Assembly (NCBI GenBank): GCA_951406725.2
Contig: OX597822.1
Location: forward strand, 68,262,001-68,326,000
Direction: 5' to 3'
Source: Octopus vulgaris
Taxonomy: Eukaryota
DNA length: 64,000 nucleotides
The notes beneath the pieces were generated by a model. That model searched no databases and was not told the origin of the DNA. It saw only the letters and a list, made by a program, of their open reading frames with translations. Position 1 is the first letter of the stretch; the number at the start of each line of letters is the position of its first letter. Below, in pieces: positions 29,440-43,446 of the stretch. Position numbers and translations under genes: made by a program.

Positions 29440-29617
29440 ATTGTATACTGGATCGTGGGTAAGACCAGAACAATGCGAAGTAAATGCAGGGTAAATCACA
29501 AGAAAACAACTATGTGAATTAATGTAGACTTACCTTGTAATATTTCGGGGTTATGACCTCATTTTCAAGAAATTAGCGAATGTTGCCGATGGCCTTACCC
29601 ACGATCCTTTATACAAT
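29440..29617. repeat. Small foldback with 28-bp arms and a degenerate hammerhead-like spacer
   Basis: ATTGTATACTGGATCGTGGGTAAGACCA pairs with TGGCCTTACCCACGATCCTTTATACAAT (25/28). The spacer on the minus strand reads CTTGAAAATGAGGTCATAACCCCGAAATATTACAAG. Confidence 0.7.
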
Positions 29618-29672
29618 CTATTCTACACAATACTTCATAGTAATTATTCCATTATAATATACACACACACAC

Positions 29673-29704
<32 letters not shown>

Positions 29705-29800
29705 ATGTGTGTGTGTGTGTGTAAGAATGTATATATGTGTGTATTTATATATATAAGTAATAATAAATCTCTGAGCAAGATATTAACAGTAACAGCACGG

Positions 29801-30284
29801 TATCGTGAAGTATATTTGCCATTTAAATGTGGCTAACCCTTAAGGGTCGATGCTACTGTAGCTTGTAGCCCCAGAAAGACATCTCCTCCAGCTAGCTATT
29901 GACATACTATCTATACCCTGTCAGTATTTGCAAAGGGACGTCATTTTTCCCATCTCCAGGCTGATGTGATACACGCGGACCCGAGTTTCTGGGTATTGAC
30001 TCGTCATCAGAGTCTGACAACAACCTGTTGGCGATGGGAAGTGATTTCAAGGCAAATATATATACTTTTTCCTGTGACGAAAAGTCACTGATCTCGAAAA
30101 AGGGGAAACAAGCAATAACATATCACGTCAGGCAGGAGATAGGAACGATGACTTCCCTTTGCATATACTGATAGGGCACAGATAGTGTATCAATAGCCAG
30201 CTGGGGAGATGTTTCCTGGGGCTACAAGCTACAGTAGTATCGACCTTTAAGGGTTAGCCACATTTAGGTGGCAAATATACTTCA

Positions 30285-30289
<5 letters not shown>
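29801..30289. mobile_element. Foldback element with ~170-bp inverted arms and a hammerhead-like motif in the spacer
   Basis: Arms at 29801-29971 and 30121-30289. The minus strand at 29978-30014 reads GACU-CUGAUGA-CGAGUCAAUACCCA-GAAA-CUCGGGUC. Confidence 0.85.
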
Positions 30290-30326
<37 letters not shown>

Positions 30327-30465
30327 AGTCGAGTTTATTTCAGATATTTTCATTTTAAAAATCATCTCTGGCTAATCATGATGACGACGACGATAATAAC
30401 AACGTACTCTCAATGATTAGCCAGAGATGATTTTTAAAATGAGAATATCTGAAATAAACTCGACT
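30327..30465. repeat. Near-perfect 53-bp inverted repeat with a 33-bp spacer
   Basis: Arms at 30327-30379 and 30413-30465 with one mismatch. Confidence 0.92.
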
Positions 30466-30469
30466 ACTC

Positions 30470-30950
30470 TCACAAACAAGAATACTAAAAATGAACCCGA
30501 CCACCTTAAAAATTAAGCGAAAAAAAAACGGGAAAATAATCCAGAATCCTTTCCGGCACCTGATCGATTCCAATGCTAGTCATGGAATGTGAAGGTGGCA
30601 GTAGAAAATTTGATAACAGTAATAAATAGCTTATCTTTATCTAATACAAACCAAAGTTAACAAATTCACCATTCAAAATAGTTACAGTCTAAAGGGAGAT
30701 AATTGAGAAAGACTTGAAAGTTAACGTAAGATTGTAATCATGTAAATTAATGTAAATATAAAGACTAATCCAGAATCTTTGTCCGTAACCGGATCGATCC
30801 CCAAATCTGATCAGTTCGTGCCAGTCACGAAGCTAAACATCCCTGAACGTTTCATCTGAATCGATCCATCGGTTCTTGAGATATCTTGTCCACGGACAAT
30901 CAAAGAAACGCGGCTGAAAACAATACCTTCGCCTTAGCGAAGGCGGAGAT
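30470..30950 (-). mobile_element. Probable Helentron-associated non-autonomous element (HINE/DINE-1-like)
   Basis: Terminal hairpin CTTCGCCTT-AGCG-AAGGCGGAG at 30927-30948, adjacent GATATCTCAAGAACC..GATGAAAC core, and an internal duplication ATCCAGAATC..CCGG..GATCGAT at 30539 and 30768. Confidence 0.55.
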
Positions 30951-30963
30951 AATAATAATAATG

Positions 30964-31010
<47 letters not shown>

Positions 31011-31011
<1 letters not shown>

Positions 31012-31635
31012 GTTTAGTATTTACACTGGACAATATGTCGGCATTATAAAATCAAAACCTGTGACAAATGGTATAAACACCATCCTGAAGCTGTGACTGA
31101 GGGAGAAAATGTGTCGCTTCTATGGGACTTCCCCGTACATACCGACAAAACTATAAAAACTAATAAACCGGATATTATTATAGAAGATCAGACAAAAAGA
31201 TGTGTATATTAACTGACATGAGTATTCCTTGCGATCACAATATAGCGGCGAAAGAATTTGACAAGATCGGTAAATATAAAGACTTGCTAATAGAAATTGA
31301 AAAAATGTGGCATCTCAAGGCGACTACAGTACCAGTGATTGTAGGATCTCTCGGAATGATAAAAAAAAAAAAAAGGTACTGAAACCTATCTGAAAATGAT
31401 CCCAGGCTTACTATCCCTACAGGAAGTGCAAAAATATCGAGTTAAATGAAACGACTCATGTACTGAGAAGAGCATTATCGCTGTGAAAACAACATCCATT
31501 CATGAATTTATTTATTTATTAATTTTTAGATACATATTTTACCTGTGAATTTGCGTGTGCATACAATGAGCTTACAATGCCCCAGGTGTACGGAAAACAC
31601 TCGGCGAGAAATGGAAGAAAACTTGAAGAAAGAAG

Positions 31636-31637
<2 letters not shown>
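31011..31637 (+). mobile_element. 5'-truncated R4/Dong-like copy (third family), RLE domain plus UTR
   Basis: KWYKHHPEAVTE..LLWDFPVHTDK..NKPDII..DMSIP..KYKDLLIEIEKMWHLKATTVPVIVGSLG. (TAA)n on both flanks (30950-31010 and 31638-31725). Confidence 0.9.
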
Positions 31638-31726
<89 letters not shown>

Positions 31727-31727
31727 T

Positions 31728-32065
31728 TTTCTACCATAACCGCAGAATCTGAAATTTGGGGGAAGGGGCAAGTCGATTACACCGATCTCAGTAGTCAATG
31801 GATACTTATTTCATCGACCCCGGAAGTGGGGGTTGAAGCAAATTCGATCGCGGCGGAATTTGAGCTCAGATCGTGCAGATGGACAAAAAGAAGATCTGTT
31901 TGAAATATCATCAACCAAATCTCTTTAAATTCCCACTATTGTCTTAGAAAAGTACACACTGAGATAATGTTGTGAACTAAGGTCCTCTGCAAATGAAAAA
32001 CAAGACAGAATGGTCACGATTGGAATGCTTTTGATTATTGAACTGCTCGATCAGCGCTGACCAGC
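31728..32065. mobile_element. Diverged SINE B (31728-31870, -) and an old retroposon 3' part (31900-32065, +)
   Basis: B core reverse complement; GGTCACGATTGGAATGCTTTTGAT..CTGCTCGATCAGCGCTGACC is shared with 12420 and 15590. Confidence 0.65.
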
Positions 32066-32099
32066 ATAGAATAAATAAATAACAACTTCAATATCCTGA

Positions 32100-32172
32100 T
32101 CATCATTAGCTTTTTAGCATTAACATCATCATTATCATCATCCATTCCATCATCGTCATCGTCATCGTCGTT

Positions 32173-32205
<33 letters not shown>

Positions 32206-32660
32206 TTCAGCATCATCCATTTCATCAGCTTTGTCGTTGTCGCCGCCGTCGTCGTCATTGTCGTCCTCGTCATCATCATCTTCATTATCATCGTCATCGT
32301 CCCCCATTTCATCGTCATCGTCGTCACTGTCGTCATCATCATCATCATCATCATCATCATATTTATCATCATCATATTCATCATCATCATATTCATCATC
32401 ATATTCATCATCATCTTCATCATCATCTTCATCATCACCATCATCATCATCATCACCCATTTCATTATCGTCATCATTGTCATCATCGTCATCTTCGTCG
32501 TCAGCATCGTCATCATCATCATCACTGTCAACATGCCCAAACACAGCAGTCTTCTGCAGCGCCTAACAACAGCACCAACACCAACAACCACCAACAGCCA
32601 TTACCATTACCGTCATCATGACATACAAGAAACCCAACACTACCATACGTCCCCAAAGCA
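32100..32660. repeat. Cryptic (CAT)/(CGT) trinucleotide tract
   Basis: Directly visible. Confidence 0.92.
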
Positions 32661-33059
32661 ACAACATTATCAATAACTATTCCGCCATTCTCTAAAAAGG
32701 AAATCTGTTAAGTCCTCTCGCTCCTCATCAACAGAAGATCTACTCTCCATCATATTGCCTCCTCCGCAACCCCTGGTATTATTTATACCCACCACTCTCA
32801 AGCTCGCCTCTTAAATGCACCACCGTCAACACCACCAACGACACCTTATCGCTCCCACATTAAGCAAAAGCTACCCACGCGGCGCAATGCGTCCTACACA
32901 TAGCATCCCCCCCCTCCCCGCCGAAGCCACCATTACTACCAGCAGCAGCACAGCCCCACATGCGTGTCTCCCCACACACACACACGCCGCTTTGTGTTCC
33001 ACGCTCTGTCACGTGACCGTCATAAAACATACCCAGTAAGCAGACAGGCATGAAACTAG

Positions 33060-33313
33060 GAAAAGAAAAGGAAAGAAGGAACAAATGGAAGGAAGGAAGG
33101 AAAGGAGGAAGGAATTAAGGAAGGAAGAAACAAAGAAACAAAGAAACAAAGAAAGAAAGAAAGGAGAAGAAGAAGAAGAAGAAGAAGAAGAAGAAGAAGA
33201 AGGGGAGGAGGAGGAGAAGAAGAAGAAGAAGAAGAAGAAGAAGAAGAAGAATAAGAAGGGGGAGGAGGAGAAGAAAAAGAAGAGGAAGAAGGGGAGGAGG
33301 AGGAGGAGGAGGA

Positions 33314-33348
<35 letters not shown>

Positions 33349-33823
33349 AGACGAAGAAGAAGAGGAAGAAGGAGGAGGAGGAGGAGAAGAAGAAAGAAGA
33401 AGAAGAAGAAGGAGGAGGAGAAGAAAAAGAAGAAGAAGGAGAAGAAGAAGAAAGGAGAAGAAGAAGAAGAAGAAGAAGAAGAAGAAGAAGAAGAAGAAGA
33501 AGAAGAAGAACTAGAAGAAGAAGAAGAAGAAGAAGAAGAAGAAGAAGAAGGGGAGGAGGAGAAGAAGAAGAAGAAGAAGAAGGGGGAGGAGGAGAAGAAA
33601 AAGAAGAGGAAGAAGGGGAGGAGGAGGAGGAGAAGAAGAAGAAGAAGAAGAAGAAGACGAAGAAGAAGAGGAAGAAGGGGAGGAGGAGGAGAAGAAGAAG
33701 AAGAAGAAGAAGAAGAAGAAGAAGAAGAAGAAGAAGAAGAAGAAGAAGAAGAAGAAGAAGAAGAAGAAGAAGAAGAAGAAGAAGAAGAAGAAGAAGAAGA
33801 AGAAGAAGAAGAAGAAGAAGAAG
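33060..33823 (+). repeat. Polypurine (GAA)/(GAG) compound array with higher-order internal duplication
   Basis: About 760 bp almost free of pyrimidines. The block AAGAAGGGGGAGGAGGAGAAGAAAAAGAAGAGGAAGAAGGGGAGG..AAGACGAAGAAGAAGAGG recurs near 33255 and 33575. Confidence 0.95.
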
Positions 33824-34297
33824 ATAGCGCTGACGGAATTATTGCAAGGAATTGTATGGCATAATAATGACATCTCTATATCGGGGTGGATATGGTTATG
33901 GGTACTTTTTAAGATAGAGTGGTGTCGGGGGTAAGAAAAAAAAGCTGGGTGGGGAGTTTGGGAAGCAGGTAATAACTTGATTTATCATCTCATAGAAAAC
34001 ACTGTCAGTGAAGTACCCCGACCCACAACACGAAACCCGGGTATGTATAGACGTGTAGATATGTGTATGTTTATGTGTGTGAGAGAAAGAGTGCGTGCGG
34101 CGTGCGTGCGTGCATATGGATGTGTGTATACGTCTGGGAGATGCGTCAGTATGCGTATATGTGCATATACAAATAATTGAGCACACGGGTGTGTAAATAT
34201 ACCCGTATATGTGAACATGTGTGCATACATACATCTATATATATATATGTATGGATGTATGCTCGTATGTATATACATATAAGCTTACATATGCTTC

Positions 34298-34347
<50 letters not shown>

Positions 34348-34711
34348 CATATATATACACATATATATACATGTACACATATATATACATATATATATAC
34401 ACACACACAAATATATGTACGTGTGTGTGTCTGAGCATATATATATTTGTTGTTTACGTCATACAAATATATATATATATATATCTGTATTTATATAAAC
34501 GCATGTATAGATATACGTGTATATATATGTCTGTGTGTGTGTGTACATTCATGTATATATATGTGTGTATGTATATACATATATGTGTGTGCGTATGTGT
34601 GTGTATACGCGCGCGCACTTGGTTATACACTTTGTGTATATTCCAAACTAAATCCAAATAACTGTAGACAGGTTAATAAAGCTAAAGTATATGAACAGAG
34701 AGATGAATGTA

Positions 34712-34823
<112 letters not shown>

Positions 34824-34835
34824 TATATGTATATA

Positions 34836-34882
<47 letters not shown>

Positions 34883-34978
34883 GTATATATTTATATATGT
34901 ACATATATGTATATGCGTATGCATATATATGTATATATATTTACATATATATATATGTGTGTATTTGCATGCATATAT

Positions 34979-35037
<59 letters not shown>

Positions 35038-35169
35038 TGCACAATGACACACAGACACAAACACACGCACACACACAAATTCACATACACGAAGTGCATA
35101 TAAATGCATTTATGTGTGAGAGTGTGAATGGGGATATATATATATATATACATACATACATACATACAT

Positions 35170-35239
<70 letters not shown>

Positions 35240-35398
35240 TGAGGAAACTGAAAGAAGTGATACGTACCGTAATACATAAAATTGCAAATAAAGTGAAACG
35301 TAGGCAGGCATACATTACAGAAATAGGCACCTGTATAGAGACATACATACATACATATATGCATATATACACATGTGTATATATGTATGCATGTACGT

Positions 35399-35467
<69 letters not shown>

Positions 35468-35633
35468 CAGACAGATAGATATCTATATTTATATATATGC
35501 ATGTATATATATATATATATACGTGTGTGCATGTATGTGTATACGTATGTTTTATAGATAACTGCTTATGTAAGTACTCATATGTATGAAGGTGATTATA
35601 TACCTCAATATATCTTTATATGCATGTGCCAGC

Positions 35634-35680
<47 letters not shown>

Positions 35681-36225
35681 TCTATGTAAGTGTGTATTTG
35701 TGTTTGTACATATATATATATAGAGAAAGAGAGACTGCATTCCAAGTAAACGAAAATCAATATTTTAAGAAAAACTAATGTCCTACGTTTATAGCTACGG
35801 GTCGTTTTTCGTTTCTATTCTTTTTTTTTTTATTGAATTTTATTTGCATTTTCAGATATTTTCCTCTTGTTTGTTGTTTGTTTGTTTTTTTGTTTTTTGT
35901 TTTTTTTTTTGTCTTTGATTCTTCTCATTCCTAGACACTTGTTCATTTATTCCAGCTCACTTACCGTTCCAGTCGTCATCAGTGCGGCCTTTGATTATAG
36001 CAGACACATCCACCGAACACAAACTCAAAGCACATACTTTTATATAGAGAGTCAAACGCACAAATAAGCACACAGACACACAGATACACACACACACACA
36101 CACGCACACACACACACACACACAGAAATATATTAACTTGTATTTCATATATATGCGTGTATATTAAATGCCTATTTACACACACAATATATACTTAGAT
36201 ATATGTATAGCTATATACATATTCA

Positions 36226-36280
<55 letters not shown>

Positions 36281-36851
36281 ATTATACACACACACACACA
36301 TAGACACATGCATATATTATACTGTATATATATAATTATACATATATATATAATATATTTATATATACAAATATCTATGCATGTATATCTGTAGATGGGT
36401 GAAGATTGAAAGCTTTGCTGTGAGTATGTATGTAAGTGTGTGTGTGTGTGTGTGTGTGTTAGTGTGTGTATACATGTGTGTGTGTGGAGTGGTATGTAAG
36501 ATTGAACGTTTTGCTGCGCGTGTGCGAGAATTTCTGTGTATGTGTGCGTGTGAGTATATGTGTGTGTGTGAGACTATGTGTGTATGAGTATGTAGGCATG
36601 TGTGTATTCATACTCACATACAATACATATATATCATTTACGCGTGCCCGTATGATTCATAGGTAAGTGTGTGGAAGTTTAAATTTTCCTCTTTTTTTTA
36701 AGGCAGCCATGTTTTTATTCTTCGAGTTTATCTATTTCCGGTTTTGTTTATTTCAAATTTGAATGCAATTGCCTGCATCTGACAGTATTTTCTCAACACG
36801 CATAGGCAAATCCACCATAAATTTACACACACACACGCATTCGCCCACGCA

Positions 36852-36887
<36 letters not shown>

Positions 36888-37097
36888 CACATACAAACAC
36901 ACTTGTGTAAAGATTTACATACAAACGCAGATTTGTCTTTAAGTATATTCATGATGAGATAGTGAAACGCAGATATTTATGCTCATGTACCATTTGCTAT
37001 TCGGAATGACACACACGCACGCTCAGACTTATTTGCCAAAACTTATATATACCATCATAAATACTTATATATACACATATTGGTCTTAGAAGGATTC

Positions 37098-37229
<132 letters not shown>

Positions 37230-37267
37230 TGATTGATTGATTGATAGATAAAGACAGAGAGAGACAG

Positions 37268-37340
<73 letters not shown>

Positions 37341-37848
37341 TACATACATACATCCATACATTCATAAATACATGCATATATACGTACATACAGATAGACA
37401 TGGATATGTCTAGATATGCAACTATATGCATGAGAATATATACATAAAGCAAAACATACATACATGCATACATGCATACATGCATACATACATACATACA
37501 TACATACATACATACATACATACATACATACATACATACATACATACATACATACATACATACATAGAAAATACCCTTTTGATGTTGTTGAAATTCCAAT
37601 GAAGCTGCCTTGGATCTAGGTTAGAAACCGGCTCTTTCCCTATTGGCAAGAAACCTTGGAATAAAACTGAATATTGACATACATACATACATACAAACAT
37701 ACATGCATGCATAACATGATCATCATCATCATCCCCAGCAGCAGCAGCATCGGCAGGTGTTAGAAAGTGACTCATGGACTGAGAGTTTCATACATAGCAC
37801 TTTTCAATACGAGAGACTTTTGGCCCTTTAGTCACAATTTAAATAATA

Positions 37849-37900
<52 letters not shown>

Positions 37901-38130
37901 TCATATAGTGAATTCTATTTATCTTATGGTCTACCAAACAACACCTCTCTCTCTCCTTCTCTCTCTCTCCTTCTCTCTCTCTCCTTCTCTCTCTTTCCTT
38001 CTCTCTCTCCTTCTCTCTCTCTCTCTCCTCTCTCTTTCTATCTATCTGTCTATCTAACTTTATATACACATTTGTATGTGTACACATACGCGTACAAATA
38101 AGTGCATAAACACACACACAAATACATATC

Positions 38131-38179
<49 letters not shown>

Positions 38180-38203
38180 TAAGAAAGTTTTTTCACTTTT
38201 TAC

Positions 38204-38278
<75 letters not shown>

Positions 38279-38302
38279 TAAGAAAGTTTTTTCACTTTTT
38301 AC

Positions 38303-38360
<58 letters not shown>

Positions 38361-38384
38361 ATGCATGTATGGGTACAGGACGTC

Positions 38385-38830
38385 ACCAACTGTGCAAACA
38401 TGAAATACGTAAACAAACGAGTTAAAGACGTAAAGAACGAGAGAGAAAAATGGAAAACTGGACAAGTAAACACAGAGAAAGGACCCTTCGTCAGTTGACG
38501 GCTGTCTATCTACTCGTCATTTTGAGCAATCAACGATAATATGAGTCTTGAAAGAGAGTTGCTCCTATAAATTCTAAAATAGAATTTAGGATTTATGGAG
38601 GGTCAAAGTTGGGAACAAAAACATACAGGGAAATACAAGGAAACCGAACGGAAACAAGGAAGAGGGGTCGTTAGACCAGAACGAGAGAAAATTAGTGAAC
38701 GCTGGGAGAAATATTTTCTTTGAAAAGAGAAAAGATAGAAGACAGAGAGAGAAAAACACTCCGGTCTTTTGAACGTCCGCGCAGGAAAAGAAAGATGGTC
38801 ACGTGAGGAAAAGAAAGATGGACGATGGTC
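38385..38830 (-). mobile_element. Possible Penelope-like 3' end or pseudo-LTR remnant
   Basis: The minus strand has a short reading ending ..QL*PSINPKF, then a CTGACGAAGGG motif and a T-rich tail ending at a TA array. 26330-26600 has a similar layout. Weak support. Confidence 0.35.
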
Positions 38831-39823
38831 ACATGTGAGCAACGAGAGAGAGAAAAGGAGAAAGAGGGGAGAGAGAGAGAGAGATAGAAAACGGGGAAAG
38901 AGGGAGGGGAAGAGAAAGGGAATTAGAGAAGGGTGGAGGAAGAAAACTATAAAGTAGAGTCGCCATATGCATATGTGTGTGTGCGTGTGTGTGTGTATGT
39001 ATGTATTATACATATATATTTTATACAAACACACAAGCATACATAGAGAGACAGACAGACAGCAAAAAAATAGAGACAGAGATTATATATCATAGAAGTT
39101 GACTGATACTCGTAAGTTTCGCCGTATCCGCTCGTCTAACATACAAAATTTAAAAGTAACTGGTTATCGTATTTTATGATAAAAGTTTTGTTTGCTGAAC
39201 TATTCACTTTGTATTGAGTCGTCTATCAGAAGATGCTTAATCAATGTATAACATACACCCACATATGCCAAACCTCTCTACAAAAACATAGATCGATAGA
39301 CAGATAGATAAATAGATAAATACATACATACATACATATGTAGACATATATGTACATGCACTGTCTGTGTGTGAGTTTGTGTTTGTGATACCCGGCGTTG
39401 CCCATGAAATAAAGTACAGAGTTGGTCCTAAATTAATTGGATGAAAACTACAGTAATTTTGCACAAAATTATTTTTCAAACACAATGTATATGTCATTTG
39501 CAACAAAAGTAGTTGAAGGACACCCCTTTGTCTTAAATAGGTATCGTTTCTTTTCTTGTTTCTTTTTCCTCGCTTGTTTCTTTCTTACTCTGGTTTGATA
39601 AATCATATATTCTCTATTTGAATGCCAAATGTTTTGCTTTTTCATTTTTTTTTTCAATTTATATCTCTCCGCTCAAGCAGAAATCACTTGTAGCCTTCTT
39701 TGACAGGCTAGTCTCAACACCACATTTTTCAGTTGTAGTTCAAGCCGGTGTTTTAATGGTAAACTAAATTGACCACTCATAGTACATATCTATTACATAA
39801 CGTCAGTTGACGAAAACTCCTCG

Positions 39824-40245
<422 letters not shown>

Positions 40246-41100
40246 GCAATTAATAGATCAAATCTTGGAGGTGCCGGAAGGGCATCAAAGAGTGCACCGG
40301 ATCCCCCTGTGACGCTCTGCTCCTTGATTTGCCGTTGAAGTTTATTCCCCCATCTTTTTTCCGTTTCCAAGGCACTCACAAGGAGTGACCTGGCGCTAAC
40401 TAATTCGTGTGTTGTTAATTTAAATATCTTACCTTCACCCGCAGTTTTCGCATGGGAGGGCTGGAGTAGTCAGACATATATTTACTTGCTGGCTTCATGT
40501 TTTACTCCGTAAATTTTCCAACAATATGAACAATATGTCGGCCATACTTTAACAGTAAATACAACTTCAAATATATTTCTTTGTCTTTTATCTTTGCATG
40601 TTTTCTTGTTTTATAATAATCAATCAGTTAAATATAAGCAACTTAGTGTGTGTCGGTGTGTGTGTGTACATCATGTAATTGTGTTCACATGTGGAGTGGA
40701 TGCTTACGGTTACATAGGTATATGTATGTATATAGGTGCATATGTGTATATATTATATATGTGTGTGTACACACACAAACACACACACACATACATATAT
40801 ATACATGCATATGTTCATGTGTGTATGCATGTGTAACATATGTTTCATACATATACAATCAGTTAAATAGTTAGCTGGCTAGCAATATAGATAGATAGAT
40901 ATATAGATAGATAGATAGATAGATAGGTAGGTAGGTAGGTAGGTAGGTAGGTAGGTAGGTAGGTAGGTAGGTAGGTAGGTAGGTAGGCAGGTAGAGATCG
41001 ATAAAAATATACATACATACAATCATGTCTACATACATACATACATACATATATACATACATACATAATACATACATACATACATACATACATACATACA

Positions 41101-41139
<39 letters not shown>

Positions 41140-41517
41140 ATACATACATATGTACGCAACAGACAGACACGGAGAGAGCGGGGGAGAGAGAGAAAGAGAA
41201 GAAGGGAGAGAAAGAGAGGAAGACAGAGAAAGAGAGGAAGAGAAAAAAGAGAGGAAGAGAGAATGAGGAATTGAGAGAACGTCCAAAACTGAACAATTAA
41301 TGTTTTCTTGTTGAACTCGATGACAAGAAAAAAAATTACTTAAATTTAATTGCATGGAATAATTAGCTTAATTAGATTTTCTTATTGTAAATTCGTCATT
41401 TTTTAAAATTTCGTTCATATATACATATTGTCGTCAGAGAAACTTATAAATATTTAACAGTTAAGTTAGTGTTAACACATCCAATGCAGTGAGTATCAAA
41501 AATCTAATTAGAAATAA

Positions 41518-41572
<55 letters not shown>

Positions 41573-41695
41573 ACTTAATATATATATACATAATCGATAG
41601 GCCAGTCACTACAGTATTTGTCCTGATATAACAACTTTTATAGACTGCCAAATTCGCTTACAATGCATTGGTGGGCTTGAGTCTCTAGTAGAAAA

Positions 41696-41948
41696 AAATG
41701 TTCCTTCTCGAGCCATACCAAGCACATAAGGGCCGGTTTCCCGATTTCAGTGGCGTAGAAATTCCCCACCTGGACGGGACGCCGGTCCGTCGCAGGATTA
41801 CTAATTTTTGCCAGCTGAGTAGACTGGAGGAACGTAAAATGAAGTGTTTTGCTCATGAACACAACGCATCGCACGGTCAAGGAATCGAAACCACAACCTT
41901 ACGATCATGAGTTCAACACCTTAACCACTAAACCACGCGCATCCACAT
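41696..41948 (-). mobile_element. SINE family C with a 14-bp TSD, nested in an old SINE A fragment (41640-42045, -)
   Basis: TCTCTAGTAGAAAA at 41682-41695 and 41949-41962; the flanks rejoin into a decayed SINE A head. Confidence 0.9.
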
Positions 41949-42690
41949 TCTCTAGTAGAAAACACTTATCTTAGGTACCGTTCAGTAGGAATGAACTTAA
42001 AACCACTTGGTTACAAAGCGAGCTTCTTTATCACACAGCTAGTACCTTCGCCAATAAGCCAGTTCTTCACGCCTTGTACAATATTGTGAATTTACATAAT
42101 GAGTCTCATCACTACAAGACAAATACGCTGAAGTGTATGCCTCGCCGAAGAGGTCTCATAAGGTCCAAACTTGTCAAGAATTATCTCATACTTGCCAAAT
42201 TAAAAACGCAACAATTAGGGACACAGTGACGAAAATTCGTTTAGGCAGCGGACAGCAAGAGCGCCAGAGGTATTTCGACTCTCTGAGCTTTTTTCAAAGG
42301 TGCGTACTCACAATCAGCCACATTTTCGGACAAGAATTAGTCATCTCTGATATAGGAAAAAATGAATAAAACATTCGCTAATGTTGCGAAAGGCAACCGA
42401 GCTGAATAAAAATCCATTATATGCAATTGAGGCATATTTAATTAGAATAGGCCGACACTCAAACAATTTTTCCAATTCACCAATTGAGCGATGATGACCT
42501 GAGGAAAGATAAATGGAGCTGGTGGGCATGAATAGGAAAGGGAAGAGACCGTTGTAGCAGCCAAAGAGAACGAAGAAGAAATCTACAAATTGTGGAGTAC
42601 CGCATTGCCAAGCAATAAAATGGTTTTCTTTTGGATTCATTCTCTGATGTTTATGTGTGAAGAAGGGAGTAGCAAAAGAAGGGAGTAGTA

Positions 42691-42913
42691 GGCGGCGAGC
42701 TGGCAGAAACGTTAGCATGCCGGGCGAAATGCTTTGCGGTATTTCGTCTGCCGTTACGTTCTGAGTTCAAATTCCGCCGAGGTCGACTTTGCCTTTCATC
42801 CTTCCGGAGTCGATTAAATAAGTACGCACTGCAGTCGATATAATCGACTTAATCCATTTGTCTGTCTTTGTTTGTCCTCTCTATGTTTAGCCCCTTGTGA
42901 GTAGTAAAGAAAT
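42691..42913 (+). mobile_element. SINE family B
   Basis: Full head, core and tail; imperfect TSD AAGAAGGGAGTAGTA / AAGAAGGAAGTAGCA. Confidence 0.92.
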
Positions 42914-43446
42914 AAGAAGGAAGTAGCAGCATTTCTTATTCACATGAAAGTACTTCGTTTATGGTTCTTATTCTTCTGTTGGCTGGGCAGACTTTATCCT
43001 AGTAAGTACTGAAATATTCTATGATTCTAATGAAGAATTTAATCCCCTTCAGACCTGGGCTCCTGAACAAAAAGTAAATAGCTGCATACACAGCTCAAGA
43101 GTAACGATTGCAGACAAACTAATGGACGGAATCGGCTGCATCTTCTTTTTCTACTTCGTTGTTCATTACCGCTTTACCAGTTGAGCTGACGTTTAACCTA
43201 CTCCCGCAATGGCGAGAATACAGAGTGACAGGGATAACGTTTGAGATAAGGTTATTTATGTAGGGTCACTTAAGTATCCATCAGAGACTGTAAAACGTAG
43301 TAGTTGTAAGAAAGTTGAGGGTTTTAATGGTGTGTTATTCATGACTACAGAGGCATAAATATGTTTTGTTGAGATGTCCTATTGAACGGTACAAGATTGC
43401 AATGACCCCATTAAGAAATACCTTCAAGACCATTATTGATGTAAAC

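Noticed and set aside
29525-29545. Perfect minus-strand donor AAG|GTAAGT
   Set aside because: It sits in the spacer of a foldback repeat and all upstream frames close within about 75 nt.
42341-43430. Possible pogo/Tigger DDE transposase relic (KTILLLGNAVLH) on the minus strand
   Set aside because: Only one short motif, needing a frameshift; cannot be supported without an HMM search.
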